Positions 1 through 8,905 of a stretch of 64,000 bases of DNA are shown piece by piece. The stretch comes from a virus. Location of the stretch: IMG/VR virus record IMGVR_UViG_3300032288_002265, positions 1 through 64,000 of that record. One strand, given 5' to 3'. Position 1 is the first letter of the stretch. Each line of letters starts with the position of its first letter. The notes under the pieces were generated by a model. The model did no database searches and was not told the origin of the DNA. It worked only from the letters and a program-made list of their open reading frames with translations. A program made the translations under genes and the position numbers.

Positions 1-12
1 CCGGCTGATGGT

Positions 13-2613
13 ATGTACATCGGCTACGGCAATACGAGCGGAGGCCGGACAAGGATCTATGGTGAAGGATCTACGACTAGCCACTTTTACCCTGACTCAT
101 CGGGCAACCTGTTCCGTAGCGATGGTGTTGCTTACATTCACTCAAGCAATGTCGGGAACTACATCGTACCGCAGACCAACTACACGACTGCAATCAACGC
201 AAGCGGGTATACGTGGATTCGCATACCCTACGCAAGTGGTGATTCATTCAACGGCGGTCAGAGCCCGGTCGAGTTCTATGTAACCCGCAGCATCTACGAC
301 AATAGCAGCACGCCATACGGTGGACCGACAGCCAAGTTCGTAATCCAGAGCATGGAGTGGCACAACGGTCAGCAGATGGGTACGATTCAGTATGGTGAGC
401 GCGGAGACAGTGCTAGTCTTGGTGCCGCTAACTGGATTACACATGCCAAGGTAACAAACTTGTCTGGCGGTGGTTACTGGGTCTACATGCGACTCAGGAC
501 TGGAACTGCTGCTGGTGTTACCTACATGTTCCGCAGGTCTTTAGTCGGTGGCCAAGGTCTTAATCTGTCGGCCATTGAAGCGACAACCGATCCAGGCGGT
601 GCCGCGACTATTTACTACGGGTTCAACCTGATCTCAGCGGGTACTGAGGCGAGGTTTTACCGCGATGGAAACATGGTTCTGGATGCAGGGACCTACAACA
701 GCTACGCCCTCCCTCTCACGGGTGGAACGCTGACTGGAGCCCTGACGGCCACCAGCTTCTCAGGTGCCGGCACCGGACTCACCGGAACTGCGGCGAGCCT
801 AACCGCAGGTGCCGTTGCGTGGACTGGTGTCACTGGAAAGCCGACGACCATCTCTGGCTACGGCATCACTGACATTGTCTCGTCCAACTCGGGATCACCT
901 GTCGCTGCGGACACTACGACCAAGAACGGGTTCTACTACGTCAACTCGAACATCTCGTTGTTCGGTCAGACTGACGGTGCCCTATTCGTCCAGGCTTACG
1001 ACAATACATGGGCCTCTCAGATCTACCAAGACTACCGCACAGGTCAGCTTGCGATACGCGGAAGGAACTCAGGAACATGGCAAGCGTGGAGAACGGTTCT
1101 CGACTCCACCAACTTCCTGACATCAGCGCCAAACTCTGGTGTGACTGCCGGGACGTACAACAACGTCACTGTCAACGCCAAGGGTATCGTTACTGCGGGA
1201 AGCAACGTCAGCTACCTCACTGGGAACCAGACGATCTCACTTACGGGCGATCTCACCGGATCTGGAACCACATCGATCACAGCCACCATCGCGGGCGACT
1301 CGGTTACGAACGCGAAGCTGAAGACGATGGCGGCGACTACCATCAAGGGAAACAATACTGCGGTCGCCAACGCTCCTGCCGATCTGACCCCTGCTCAGGT
1401 GGCGACGATGCTCAGCGGTCAGGCGATGAACATCAACGGTTCATCAGCTTCCTGCACGGGTAACGCGGCGACTGCCACAAACGGTTTCACAGTAAAGCCT
1501 GGATGGGCCGGTGCTCAGAACCTCATCACGGGTCTTGCCAACTTCAATAACTCGGTTCCGTCCGGGTTCTACGAGTATTCTGGAGCCACAAACTCTCCGT
1601 CTGCGACGTGGTACAACCTGATCAACGTCCGTCACAGCAACACTGGAAACGACCACGGCTTCCAGTTGGCCATGAGCTACTACGACGAAATCCTGTGGTC
1701 TCGGACGTATCAAGGCGGCACGGGAGCAAACAACGGTACGTTCACTGCATGGCGAGCCCACCTTCATTCGGGTAATTTCTCGTCCTACGCGCTTCCTCTG
1801 ACGGGCGGCACACTCACTGGAGCTTTGACAGCCACCAGCTTCTCTGGTGCTGGTACGGGCCTCACAGGCACGGCTGCGAGCTTAAGCATCGGAGGTAGTG
1901 CTGGCTCAGTCGCAGCAAGCGGCATTACCGGCCAGACTGGAATGTGGACATCGGCTGCTAGGCCGGGTCCGTACCGCCTCTACCGCCGAGATGTAAACGA
2001 TGCGTACAGCGTCCAGAATTACTGGACCGGGACGTACTGGAGACTGGATGGATACTACAGCAACGATACGGTCCACGCTGGCTGCAGCGTAGCTTATGCA
2101 GACACGGCTGGTAGTGTATCAACGATTGCTGATGGCGCTGTTTCAACCACAGCTAAACTAGCTAACAGTGTTGTCACTTACGCCAAGATTCAGAATGTCG
2201 GCTCGTCGTCAGTGCTCGGAAACACGAGCGCATCTGTCTCACAGGCACCGCAGGAAATCACGTTCGCTAACCTCGGGCCGTACATCAACGGCGTCGCTCG
2301 CGCCTGGGTTACGTTCAACGAGAACCCGTCCACTGGAGCGATCACGATCAACGCGAGCTTTGGCATCTCCAGCGTCACGCGCATCAACTACGGACAGTAC
2401 CGTGTCAACTTCAGCACCGCATTCGCAGACGCGCACTACGCGGTTTCTGGCACGATCGGATACGAGTCCAACGGTGGGTACCTGTACGGCGGATTCCTGA
2501 ACATACCTCGCGTTGCTACGCCAAAGACCACCACCTACTGTGAAGTCACTGCGAGCTACGGTGACGGCAACACCTACAACGCTCGCTTCGTCCACGTCGT
2601 GTTCAATCGATAA
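13..2613 (+). CDS. Tail fibre / receptor-binding protein (probably 5'-truncated)
   Basis: Gly/Thr/Ser-rich. Two knob-like modules (NGFYY...WQAWRTV; PSGFYE...FTAWRAHLHSGN), a fibre repeat SGVTAGTYNNVTVNAKGIVTAG and a C-terminal ARAWVTFN...SSVTRINYGQYRVNFSTAFADAHYAV module. The frame is open from the window edge. Confidence 0.85.
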   Translation: MYIGYGNTSGGRTRIYGEGSTTSHFYPDSSGNLFRSDGVAYIHSSNVGNYIVPQTNYTTAINASGYTWIRIPYASGDSFNGGQSPVEFYVTRSIYDNSSTPYGGPTAKFVIQSMEWHNGQQMGTIQYGERGDSASLGAANWITHAKVTNLSGGGYWVYMRLRTGTAAGVTYMFRRSLVGGQGLNLSAIEATTDPGGAATIYYGFNLISAGTEARFYRDGNMVLDAGTYNSYALPLTGGTLTGALTATSFSGAGTGLTGTAASLTAGAVAWTGVTGKPTTISGYGITDIVSSNSGSPVAADTTTKNGFYYVNSNISLFGQTDGALFVQAYDNTWASQIYQDYRTGQLAIRGRNSGTWQAWRTVLDSTNFLTSAPNSGVTAGTYNNVTVNAKGIVTAGSNVSYLTGNQTISLTGDLTGSGTTSITATIAGDSVTNAKLKTMAATTIKGNNTAVANAPADLTPAQVATMLSGQAMNINGSSASCTGNAATATNGFTVKPGWAGAQNLITGLANFNNSVPSGFYEYSGATNSPSATWYNLINVRHSNTGNDHGFQLAMSYYDEILWSRTYQGGTGANNGTFTAWRAHLHSGNFSSYALPLTGGTLTGALTATSFSGAGTGLTGTAASLSIGGSAGSVAASGITGQTGMWTSAARPGPYRLYRRDVNDAYSVQNYWTGTYWRLDGYYSNDTVHAGCSVAYADTAGSVSTIADGAVSTTAKLANSVVTYAKIQNVGSSSVLGNTSASVSQAPQEITFANLGPYINGVARAWVTFNENPSTGAITINASFGISSVTRINYGQYRVNFSTAFADAHYAVSGTIGYESNGGYLYGGFLNIPRVATPKTTTYCEVTASYGDGNTYNARFVHVVFNR
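700..1884 (+). repeat. Two copies of a 102-nt (34-aa) fibre repeat at 700-801 and 1783-1884
   Basis: Both encode SYALPLTGGTLTGALTATSFSGAGTGLTGTAASL and differ at many synonymous positions. Confidence 0.9.
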
Positions 2614-2616
2614 CCC

Positions 2617-3099
2617 ATGAAAGTCATCGTCTTCACTGGAGACACCGGGAATGCCTGTGTGCTGACTCCGGTCTACCCACCAGACCTAACCCAAGAGCAG
2701 GAGGTCGAGTTCCTTGCCCAACGTCAGCAGCGCGACATTCCGCCGTTCGCAGACGGCACTTCACGCCAGTCGTTCATCAAGGACTCTGACTCGAGCGAGG
2801 TGAAGGAGATGACTTACCTGTTCAGCGCATGGCGAATCGACAGTGCTGGAAACATCACATTGGACAGAGCGGCCGCAGAGGAGTTGAAGCGCAGCCAGTT
2901 CCGAGCCCTCCGCAAGCCGCTCCTTGAGAAGCTGGACGTGGAGTTCATGCGAGCCCTTGAATCTGGAGACAGTGTCCTGTTAGCCTCAATCTCGACAAAG
3001 AAGAAGGAGCTTCGAGACGTCACGTTAATTGACATGTCGATGTACGACACTCCGAAGACGCTCAACGAGTTCCTTCCAGACTCACTCAAAAACAGCTAG
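2617..3099 (+). CDS. Tail fibre assembly chaperone-like protein
   Basis: Directly follows the fibre gene. The C-terminal RALRKPLLEKLDVEFMRALE...KKKELRD pattern is typical of tail-fibre chaperones. Confidence 0.7.
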   Translation: MKVIVFTGDTGNACVLTPVYPPDLTQEQEVEFLAQRQQRDIPPFADGTSRQSFIKDSDSSEVKEMTYLFSAWRIDSAGNITLDRAAAEELKRSQFRALRKPLLEKLDVEFMRALESGDSVLLASISTKKKELRDVTLIDMSMYDTPKTLNEFLPDSLKNS

Positions 3100-3104
3100 C
3101 CCAC

Positions 3105-3422
3105 ATGCAAAACAACTACCGCAAGATCGAGCCGGCCCCCGTGCTGGACAAGACCGCCAACGCCATCTGCATCCCGTATGCGAACGTGCAGTTGTTCCAG
3201 AACTGCACCGCTCAATACGAGGTGCGCCAGATCACCGAAATCCCGACGCTGCCTGACGGCCAGGTGCTGCCGGCGATGTGGGGTCCGGTGTTGATGACCG
3301 GCACCATTGTCCTTTCAGGCGATGACTACAATTCTTGGGGTGCCGACGACAACTACCTCTACGAGAAGGTGGCCGAGAAGCTCGGATTGACCTTGATTTC
3401 AGAGACGGAGACTGGTCAGTAA
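3105..3422 (+). CDS. Tail-associated hypothetical protein
   Basis: Tightly packed ORF with phage-like codon usage, ending DDYNSWGADDNYLYEKVAEKLGLTL. Confidence 0.6.
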   Translation: MQNNYRKIEPAPVLDKTANAICIPYANVQLFQNCTAQYEVRQITEIPTLPDGQVLPAMWGPVLMTGTIVLSGDDYNSWGADDNYLYEKVAEKLGLTLISETETGQ

Positions 3423-3461
3423 TAACCCCGCCGGCACATCGCTGGCATCACAAGGAGAGAA

Positions 3462-3701
3462 ATGACAACTGAGAAGATCACCGAATACCGTTCCACCCTG
3501 CTGAACCAGAAGAACGCTCTGGATTCCGAGGTGCAACGTCTCCAGGTCGCCCTGGAGCAGACCAAGAACAACGCCATCGCCACTGCCGGAGCCATCCAGG
3601 CTCTCGACAACCTGACCCGCGAGGAGCAGGCCCAGCAGGAAGCTGCCGCAAAGGCCGAGGCCGAGAAGTCTGCTCCGAAGGCTGAGCCCGCTGCGAAGTA
3701 A
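3462..3701 (+). CDS. Small coiled-coil protein
   Basis: AAGGAG Shine-Dalgarno upstream; heptad-rich sequence. Confidence 0.65.
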   Translation: MTTEKITEYRSTLLNQKNALDSEVQRLQVALEQTKNNAIATAGAIQALDNLTREEQAQQEAAAKAEAEKSAPKAEPAAK

Positions 3702-3703
3702 TT

Positions 3704-5386
3704 GTGAAGCAAGGTGTCGTCGTGGCGATGGCCACGCATAACTCGGAACGCTTCATCGAGCGCACGCTGAGTTCCATCAATGCGACGTTCAATGGAAGCG
3801 ACCGGCAGTATGCGCTGGTCATCGCCGACGACGCCTCTTCCGATTCCACGCTGACCAAGGCACGGCGCTTTCAAAGCTCCGCAGCCTACCGATCCACGCT
3901 CGGATTCACCAAAGCCTCGTGCGTTGGAGAGTCCAAGAACAGAGCCTCAATGATGGCTCTTCCATTCCTGGAGCAGTTCCCGTGGGTGCTCTGGATGGAT
4001 GACGACGACGAGATGCTGCCAGGTCGCCTGCAGCTGATCGACAAGATGGAAGCACACGGACAGAAAGCGGCGGTTGGTGACTGGATCCACTCGTTCGATG
4101 ATGGCTCAAGGAGGGAGTTCATCACCGGGGACTGGTCTATTGCCAACCGCTGCTTCTCTCCCTGCATGACGGCGATCCACGGGAGTCTGATTCCCAAGAC
4201 CGGGAAGTACTTTCACCACGCGCCGACCAACGTCTACGAGGACTTGGCCACGCACTCACTGATGACGCTCAACGGCGTCCACTGGTGTTACCACGGCGGG
4301 TTCAACATCCACACCTACCATCGCCGGGGCGACAGTTGGTCTGGTATGGGTGACCGGTCGCACGAGATCCTGAAGCAGTCGGTCGAGTACATGGCCGAAT
4401 TCAGGAACACCACGAACATCCGTAGCTTCTGCACGGTGGCGATCGGTTCGCACGCGATCAGTGAGCTTCGGCTCATGGTCAAGACGCTGCGCCTGCACAA
4501 CAACCACCAGCCGCTGACGATCCTGACCGATCCAGCCGGGGCCACTGAGATCGCTGGACTAGACCTTTCGGACGAGGAGCGCGGCACCACCCGCCTCATC
4601 ATCGAGCACGAGTTGGACAAGAAGGCTGCAATGTTCCCGGAGTGGAGCACCAAGTACCAGGCAGCGAACCTTGCGCCGGCTGCGATGATCTCGAAGATGA
4701 GGGTAATCCAGAACGCTATCTCAGCGTTCGGAAACACGCTCTTCATTGACGCTGACCAGATCATCCTGCGCGAGATCAACGAGCAGGTCAGGAACTCCAT
4801 CGGGCTCGTGCATGAGGGGCCGAACACGATGTCCTGGCCGATGGGTGAGAGCGATTGGCCTCTCCACTTCCTTGGTGCCTACAACGGCGGGATGGTGTTC
4901 TTCGATCAGGACTCGGCCCACAAGGTGGCCTGGTGGGCCGACGAATACGTCCGCTCGTACCTCTGGTGCGGCGACGACTCGAAGCCTCACGGTGGGTTCA
5001 ATGATCAGTCCATGCTGGAGATGATCGCAGCGACCGCACCGGTTCACGCCTTCCACCGGGGCTACGGCGTCAGCGTGTACCGCATGGAGCGTGGCATCTG
5101 GCCTGACGTGAAGGCTGGTAACATCACGTTCCACCACGCCACCAGCATCGTCGGAGGGCGCGACCTGTTCTACCAGGGATGGCCTATGATGACGATCCAT
5201 CAGCACTTCAGGAACCAGTTCTGGCACACAGACGGCCGCGAGCTCTTCACCCAGGCGCTGTCGATGTCCTCGAACCCGAAGCACGTCCGGACGCTGGAGT
5301 GGATTCGCGAGGGGATGCCGCCGGAAGAACAGGTGTTGAGTAGACGCCGTCGGGTACGTTACCTTGCATCAAAGGTTGCAGCATGA
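3704..5386 (+). CDS. Two-domain glycosyltransferase (GT2-like plus a second GT-A domain)
   Basis: N-terminal VAMATHN...IADDASSD...WMDDDD (GT2 signature). C-terminal FIDADQ (DxD), YNGGMVFF and NDQSML (GT8/nucleotide-diphospho-sugar transferase-like). Confidence 0.8.
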   Translation: MKQGVVVAMATHNSERFIERTLSSINATFNGSDRQYALVIADDASSDSTLTKARRFQSSAAYRSTLGFTKASCVGESKNRASMMALPFLEQFPWVLWMDDDDEMLPGRLQLIDKMEAHGQKAAVGDWIHSFDDGSRREFITGDWSIANRCFSPCMTAIHGSLIPKTGKYFHHAPTNVYEDLATHSLMTLNGVHWCYHGGFNIHTYHRRGDSWSGMGDRSHEILKQSVEYMAEFRNTTNIRSFCTVAIGSHAISELRLMVKTLRLHNNHQPLTILTDPAGATEIAGLDLSDEERGTTRLIIEHELDKKAAMFPEWSTKYQAANLAPAAMISKMRVIQNAISAFGNTLFIDADQIILREINEQVRNSIGLVHEGPNTMSWPMGESDWPLHFLGAYNGGMVFFDQDSAHKVAWWADEYVRSYLWCGDDSKPHGGFNDQSMLEMIAATAPVHAFHRGYGVSVYRMERGIWPDVKAGNITFHHATSIVGGRDLFYQGWPMMTIHQHFRNQFWHTDGRELFTQALSMSSNPKHVRTLEWIREGMPPEEQVLSRRRRVRYLASKVAA

Positions 5387-6729
5387 TCCCCACAAACATT
5401 CAGCTTACACTCCGAATCCCTAAAGGCTCTCCTCTCACCGCCGAGGAGGTCGATGCAAACTTCACCAGGCTGCGCGACGCCATCACGGCGCTGGCCGAGG
5501 AGTTCTCGCTGTCCCGGGTGGTCATCGGCAATGAGCCTCCTGCCGGTGAGCGCGAGGGCGTGCTGTGGATCCCGGCCGACTTCCGTGGCATCTACGTCTG
5601 GAACAGCGCGACCAGCCAGTGGGTGCTCCTGACGCCCAAGGAGGTCATCAACGCGACCGACACCGGCACCGGGGCGAACTTCATTATCCAGGTGCCCGAG
5701 GGCATCTCGAACTACTCCGACCTGGAGGGACGCCTGATCGTGATGAAGGCGTCGCACAACTCGACCGGCACCTCGAAGCTGAAGGTTAAGAACTCGGCCG
5801 GCACACTGTTCGACAACGACGGTCTGAACTTCTTCAACCACTACCTCGGCTCCATAGAGGCGAACGACATCAAGGCGGGCCAGAAGGTTCTGCTGGTCTA
5901 CAACACCGGCAACTTCCAGATGCTCTCGCCGACGCCTCCTGTGCGGGTTGGTGATCTGCGGAACGTCTACACCTACCAGAGCAACTTGGCTGCGGTGCCG
6001 TCCAGTTCTGGTGGTGTGCTGACCTACACGCACGGCCTGACCCATGCTGGCAACGCAGTCGTGCCTTCCATCGTGAGCGTCAAGCTGCGTCGAAAGGGGA
6101 GCGACTTCACCCACACCAGTGGTCTTGTCGTTAAGGTTGGAGATGAGATCTCAGCTGAGGCGCTATGGACAGCGACTCGTGGATCTGAGAACGAGATGTT
6201 CTGGCCGGTAGTTCGAGTGTTCTCTTCGGCCACAGAGATCCGCGTGCAGTTCTACTATCCAGCCGGAATAGCTCTGCCATGGAACTGGCTCAACAAGAAC
6301 GGAAGCACAAATTCGGCTGACCGTGGTGGAATCAGTGAGAGTGGTGCATACACCAACTGGGAGGTTCGTGTGAACGCAATGGCATTCAACCCAGACCAGC
6401 TTGGATCCACTTCAGGAGGCAATCAGTCTGGCGGATCGAACGCCCCGGTCATCACCACTCAGCCGGCGAACCAGTCCCAGACTCAAGGGAATGACATCAC
6501 GCTGACGCTCACGGCCAGCTACGGCACTTCGGTCGACTGGTATTACGAAGGATCCCAGGTCTCTGGCTCGAGGTTCTCGGACAGCGATGTTGTCAGCGGG
6601 ACCACGGTGACCTCCACGCTGGTGATCGACAACGTCACCATGTCTGACAACGGGAAGAAGGTCTACGCCATCGTCAACGGCCCTGGTGGCAGCGTCACCA
6701 GCACCGAGGCAACCCTTACTGTCACGTGA
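5383..6729 (+). CDS. Virion fibre/structural protein with a C-terminal Ig (I-set) domain
   Basis: N-terminal LTLRIPKGSPLTAEEVDANF attachment-type motif. C-terminal PVITTQPANQS...VDWYYEG...LVIDNVTMSDNG...ATLTVT Ig fold. Confidence 0.75.
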   Translation: MIPTNIQLTLRIPKGSPLTAEEVDANFTRLRDAITALAEEFSLSRVVIGNEPPAGEREGVLWIPADFRGIYVWNSATSQWVLLTPKEVINATDTGTGANFIIQVPEGISNYSDLEGRLIVMKASHNSTGTSKLKVKNSAGTLFDNDGLNFFNHYLGSIEANDIKAGQKVLLVYNTGNFQMLSPTPPVRVGDLRNVYTYQSNLAAVPSSSGGVLTYTHGLTHAGNAVVPSIVSVKLRRKGSDFTHTSGLVVKVGDEISAEALWTATRGSENEMFWPVVRVFSSATEIRVQFYYPAGIALPWNWLNKNGSTNSADRGGISESGAYTNWEVRVNAMAFNPDQLGSTSGGNQSGGSNAPVITTQPANQSQTQGNDITLTLTASYGTSVDWYYEGSQVSGSRFSDSDVVSGTTVTSTLVIDNVTMSDNGKKVYAIVNGPGGSVTSTEATLTVT

Positions 6730-7232
6730 TCGACGAACAGAAGGACCACGACCCGCTCTACGATTTCGCCAGGTGGTGGCTGACCGAGTGCTCGGCCACA
6801 CCGATGCCTCCGTTCAAGGACGGCGTCCACTTCCTGGCTGCGTTCGTTGGCACCACTCTGTTCCGCCACCGAGAATACCAGGTGCAGATGTGGACGTGTG
6901 CCCCGAACTCCGTCATCCCGGAGCACAGCCACCCGGGCGTGGACAACATCCAGATCTACCTCTGGGGCCAGGTCCACCTCACACACAACGGCCAGCCGGT
7001 GATCAGCGACGACCAGATGGGCGAGAAGGACGGACTGTCCGCCGCCTACTCCTCGTCGATCCGCATCCTCCCTGGTGAGACCCATGGTGCCCGAATTGGC
7101 TCGATGGGTGGTGCCTTCCTCACGATCCAGCGGTGGCTCGACGGCAACCCCAAGAGCGTGGCCACGGCGTGGTCAGGGGATCCACTGAATGAGGATCACG
7201 TCCGCGAACTGAACAATGACAAGGCTGCTTGA
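6726..7232 (+). CDS. Cupin-fold protein
   Basis: PEHSHPGVDN and ILPGETHGA cupin metal-binding motifs; GTGA overlap with the upstream stop. Confidence 0.7.
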   Translation: MIDEQKDHDPLYDFARWWLTECSATPMPPFKDGVHFLAAFVGTTLFRHREYQVQMWTCAPNSVIPEHSHPGVDNIQIYLWGQVHLTHNGQPVISDDQMGEKDGLSAAYSSSIRILPGETHGARIGSMGGAFLTIQRWLDGNPKSVATAWSGDPLNEDHVRELNNDKAA

Positions 7233-7668
7233 GCGCAGTGAACTGCCGATGTGCGTCAGGGGAGGCGGGCTCTTCTTCAAGGAGAGTCAGCTAACCTTGG
7301 AGTTCAAGCCCGATGTATTCCTCGATCGCATTGGCGGTCTGATGGATGCCGGCGTGGCTGGCGTGATCGGCAGCTTCGACTCGGACGGAACGATCCAGGG
7401 CGCACTGGCGTTCTCACTCTACGACGACATCTACACCGGGGACAAGACAGCCACAGAGATGTGGTGGTTCGTCCTGCCTGAGCACCGTGGCGGATCGGTG
7501 GCAATGCGCCTCATTCGGTCGTTTGAGAAACTGGCTGCGCTGAAGGGCTGCAAAAGGATCTGCATGATCCATCTGGCTGCGCTCCAGAAGGATCGGCTTT
7601 CCGAGCTTTACCAGGCCATGGGATACCAGCTGATCGAGTGCTGCTACTCGAAGCCCATCGGGGGTTGA
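7216..7668 (+). CDS. GNAT-family acetyltransferase
   Basis: WFVLPEHRGGSVAMRLI acetyl-CoA motif A and LYQAMGY motif B; usual position before the ejection proteins of podoviruses. Confidence 0.8.
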   Translation: MTRLLERSELPMCVRGGGLFFKESQLTLEFKPDVFLDRIGGLMDAGVAGVIGSFDSDGTIQGALAFSLYDDIYTGDKTATEMWWFVLPEHRGGSVAMRLIRSFEKLAALKGCKRICMIHLAALQKDRLSELYQAMGYQLIECCYSKPIGG

Positions 7669-7693
7669 TTTCGTAAAAGCGTTTCCCTTTACT

Positions 7694-7705
7694 AAGGGCA
7701 ACAGA
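7694..7705 (+). promoter_or_regulatory. Late-promoter-like motif AAGGGCAACAGA
   Basis: Intergenic, 30 nt before the ATG at 7736; related words precede other late genes. Confidence 0.5.
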
Positions 7706-7735
7706 CGCCAAGGAGGTGTCTCCCAAAGGAACGCC

Positions 7736-8899
7736 ATGTCATTCATTAGCGGAACGGTCTCAGGTGTTTTGGGTGCAAGTGCCCAGAACAAGGCCACGAA
7801 GACCAATATGCAGATCGCTCGTGAGACCAACGAGGCGAACCTGCGGATGTTTCAAGAGAGCCGTGGTGCTGGCGGGAGCTCGATCCTCCCGACCTACCTG
7901 GAACCCGGCACCGAGAAGGTCATCGCCAATCGCGCTGCTGCTGCCGCACAGGCCATGTTTCCGGAGAACCCGGAGATGCAGCTGGCCCAATACCAGGCGA
8001 TCCTCGAGCAGATGCGTCCGACAATCCAGGCCGGCACCGCTCAGCTGGAGGGTATCTACAACGGTAATCTCGAGGCCGAGCGTTCTGCCGCCCTGGCTCC
8101 AGTTCTCGCCGCCCGGATGGGCATGGCTGACGCCAACATCGACGCCATCAACATGGCCGGTCAGGACGCGATCAACCGTCTCAGTGCCCAGGACGCGCTC
8201 AAGGGATACCAGGGCACCGGTAGCTTTGCTCAGAACCGGATCCTCGATGGGCTCATGCAAGCCCGCCAGCAGGCTGCGATGCAGAAGGCTGGCAGCGTCC
8301 TTCAGAACGAGCTCGACAAGAAACAGTTGTCCGACGCCATGTCGCAGCTGCGCCTGTCTTCTGTCGATGCACCGATCAACCGGCTCGGCCAGCTGACCAA
8401 GGCTGATCAGGCTCCTCAGATGGCCCTCGGCGATCTCAGCCAGGCTGCGACTCGGCCGATGGAGTTCTTCCGTATCTCCCCGCAGGCCTTCCAGGCCCAA
8501 CGTCCCGACCCTGTCAGCGCCGTCCCTGGTGCCGCACAGCTTGCGTTGCAGGGCGTGTCCCAGACCGGCGGACAGGTGCTCGGAGCCTACCTACAGAGCA
8601 AGGGTACACTGTTCGGAGGCAAGGGGTGGGGTGCCGCCTCTGGAGGTGGATCGCTTCCGGCTGTTGCTGACTCGGCCACCGGCCTGTTTGTTGGCGAGTG
8701 CAGCGTCGCACGCTTGGTCATGCCTGAGTCGTGGGAGGCGTTCTTCTTCTACAAGGAACTGCTCGCTCCGAAATGGTTCCGTGATCTCTACAACGAGAAC
8801 GCTCGAGGATTCGCTTGCTGGCTACAGAACAAACCGACCGCTCAGTCGATTGTTCGCCGCCTGATGACTGGACGCATCAACTCAATCTTCAACCGATAA
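7736..8899 (+). CDS. Internal virion / DNA ejection (pilot) protein
   Basis: Gly/Ala-rich N-terminus followed by AQNKATKTNMQIARETNEANLRMFQE; Gln/Ala-rich helical body; follows the GNAT gene. Confidence 0.7.
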   Translation: MSFISGTVSGVLGASAQNKATKTNMQIARETNEANLRMFQESRGAGGSSILPTYLEPGTEKVIANRAAAAAQAMFPENPEMQLAQYQAILEQMRPTIQAGTAQLEGIYNGNLEAERSAALAPVLAARMGMADANIDAINMAGQDAINRLSAQDALKGYQGTGSFAQNRILDGLMQARQQAAMQKAGSVLQNELDKKQLSDAMSQLRLSSVDAPINRLGQLTKADQAPQMALGDLSQAATRPMEFFRISPQAFQAQRPDPVSAVPGAAQLALQGVSQTGGQVLGAYLQSKGTLFGGKGWGAASGGGSLPAVADSATGLFVGECSVARLVMPESWEAFFFYKELLAPKWFRDLYNENARGFACWLQNKPTAQSIVRRLMTGRINSIFNR

Positions 8900-8905
8900 T
8901 CAGCT

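Noticed and set aside
700-1884. Tail-fibre repeat pair as a DGR template/variable repeat
   Set aside because: The differences are synonymous rather than adenine-specific, and no reverse transcriptase is present in the window.
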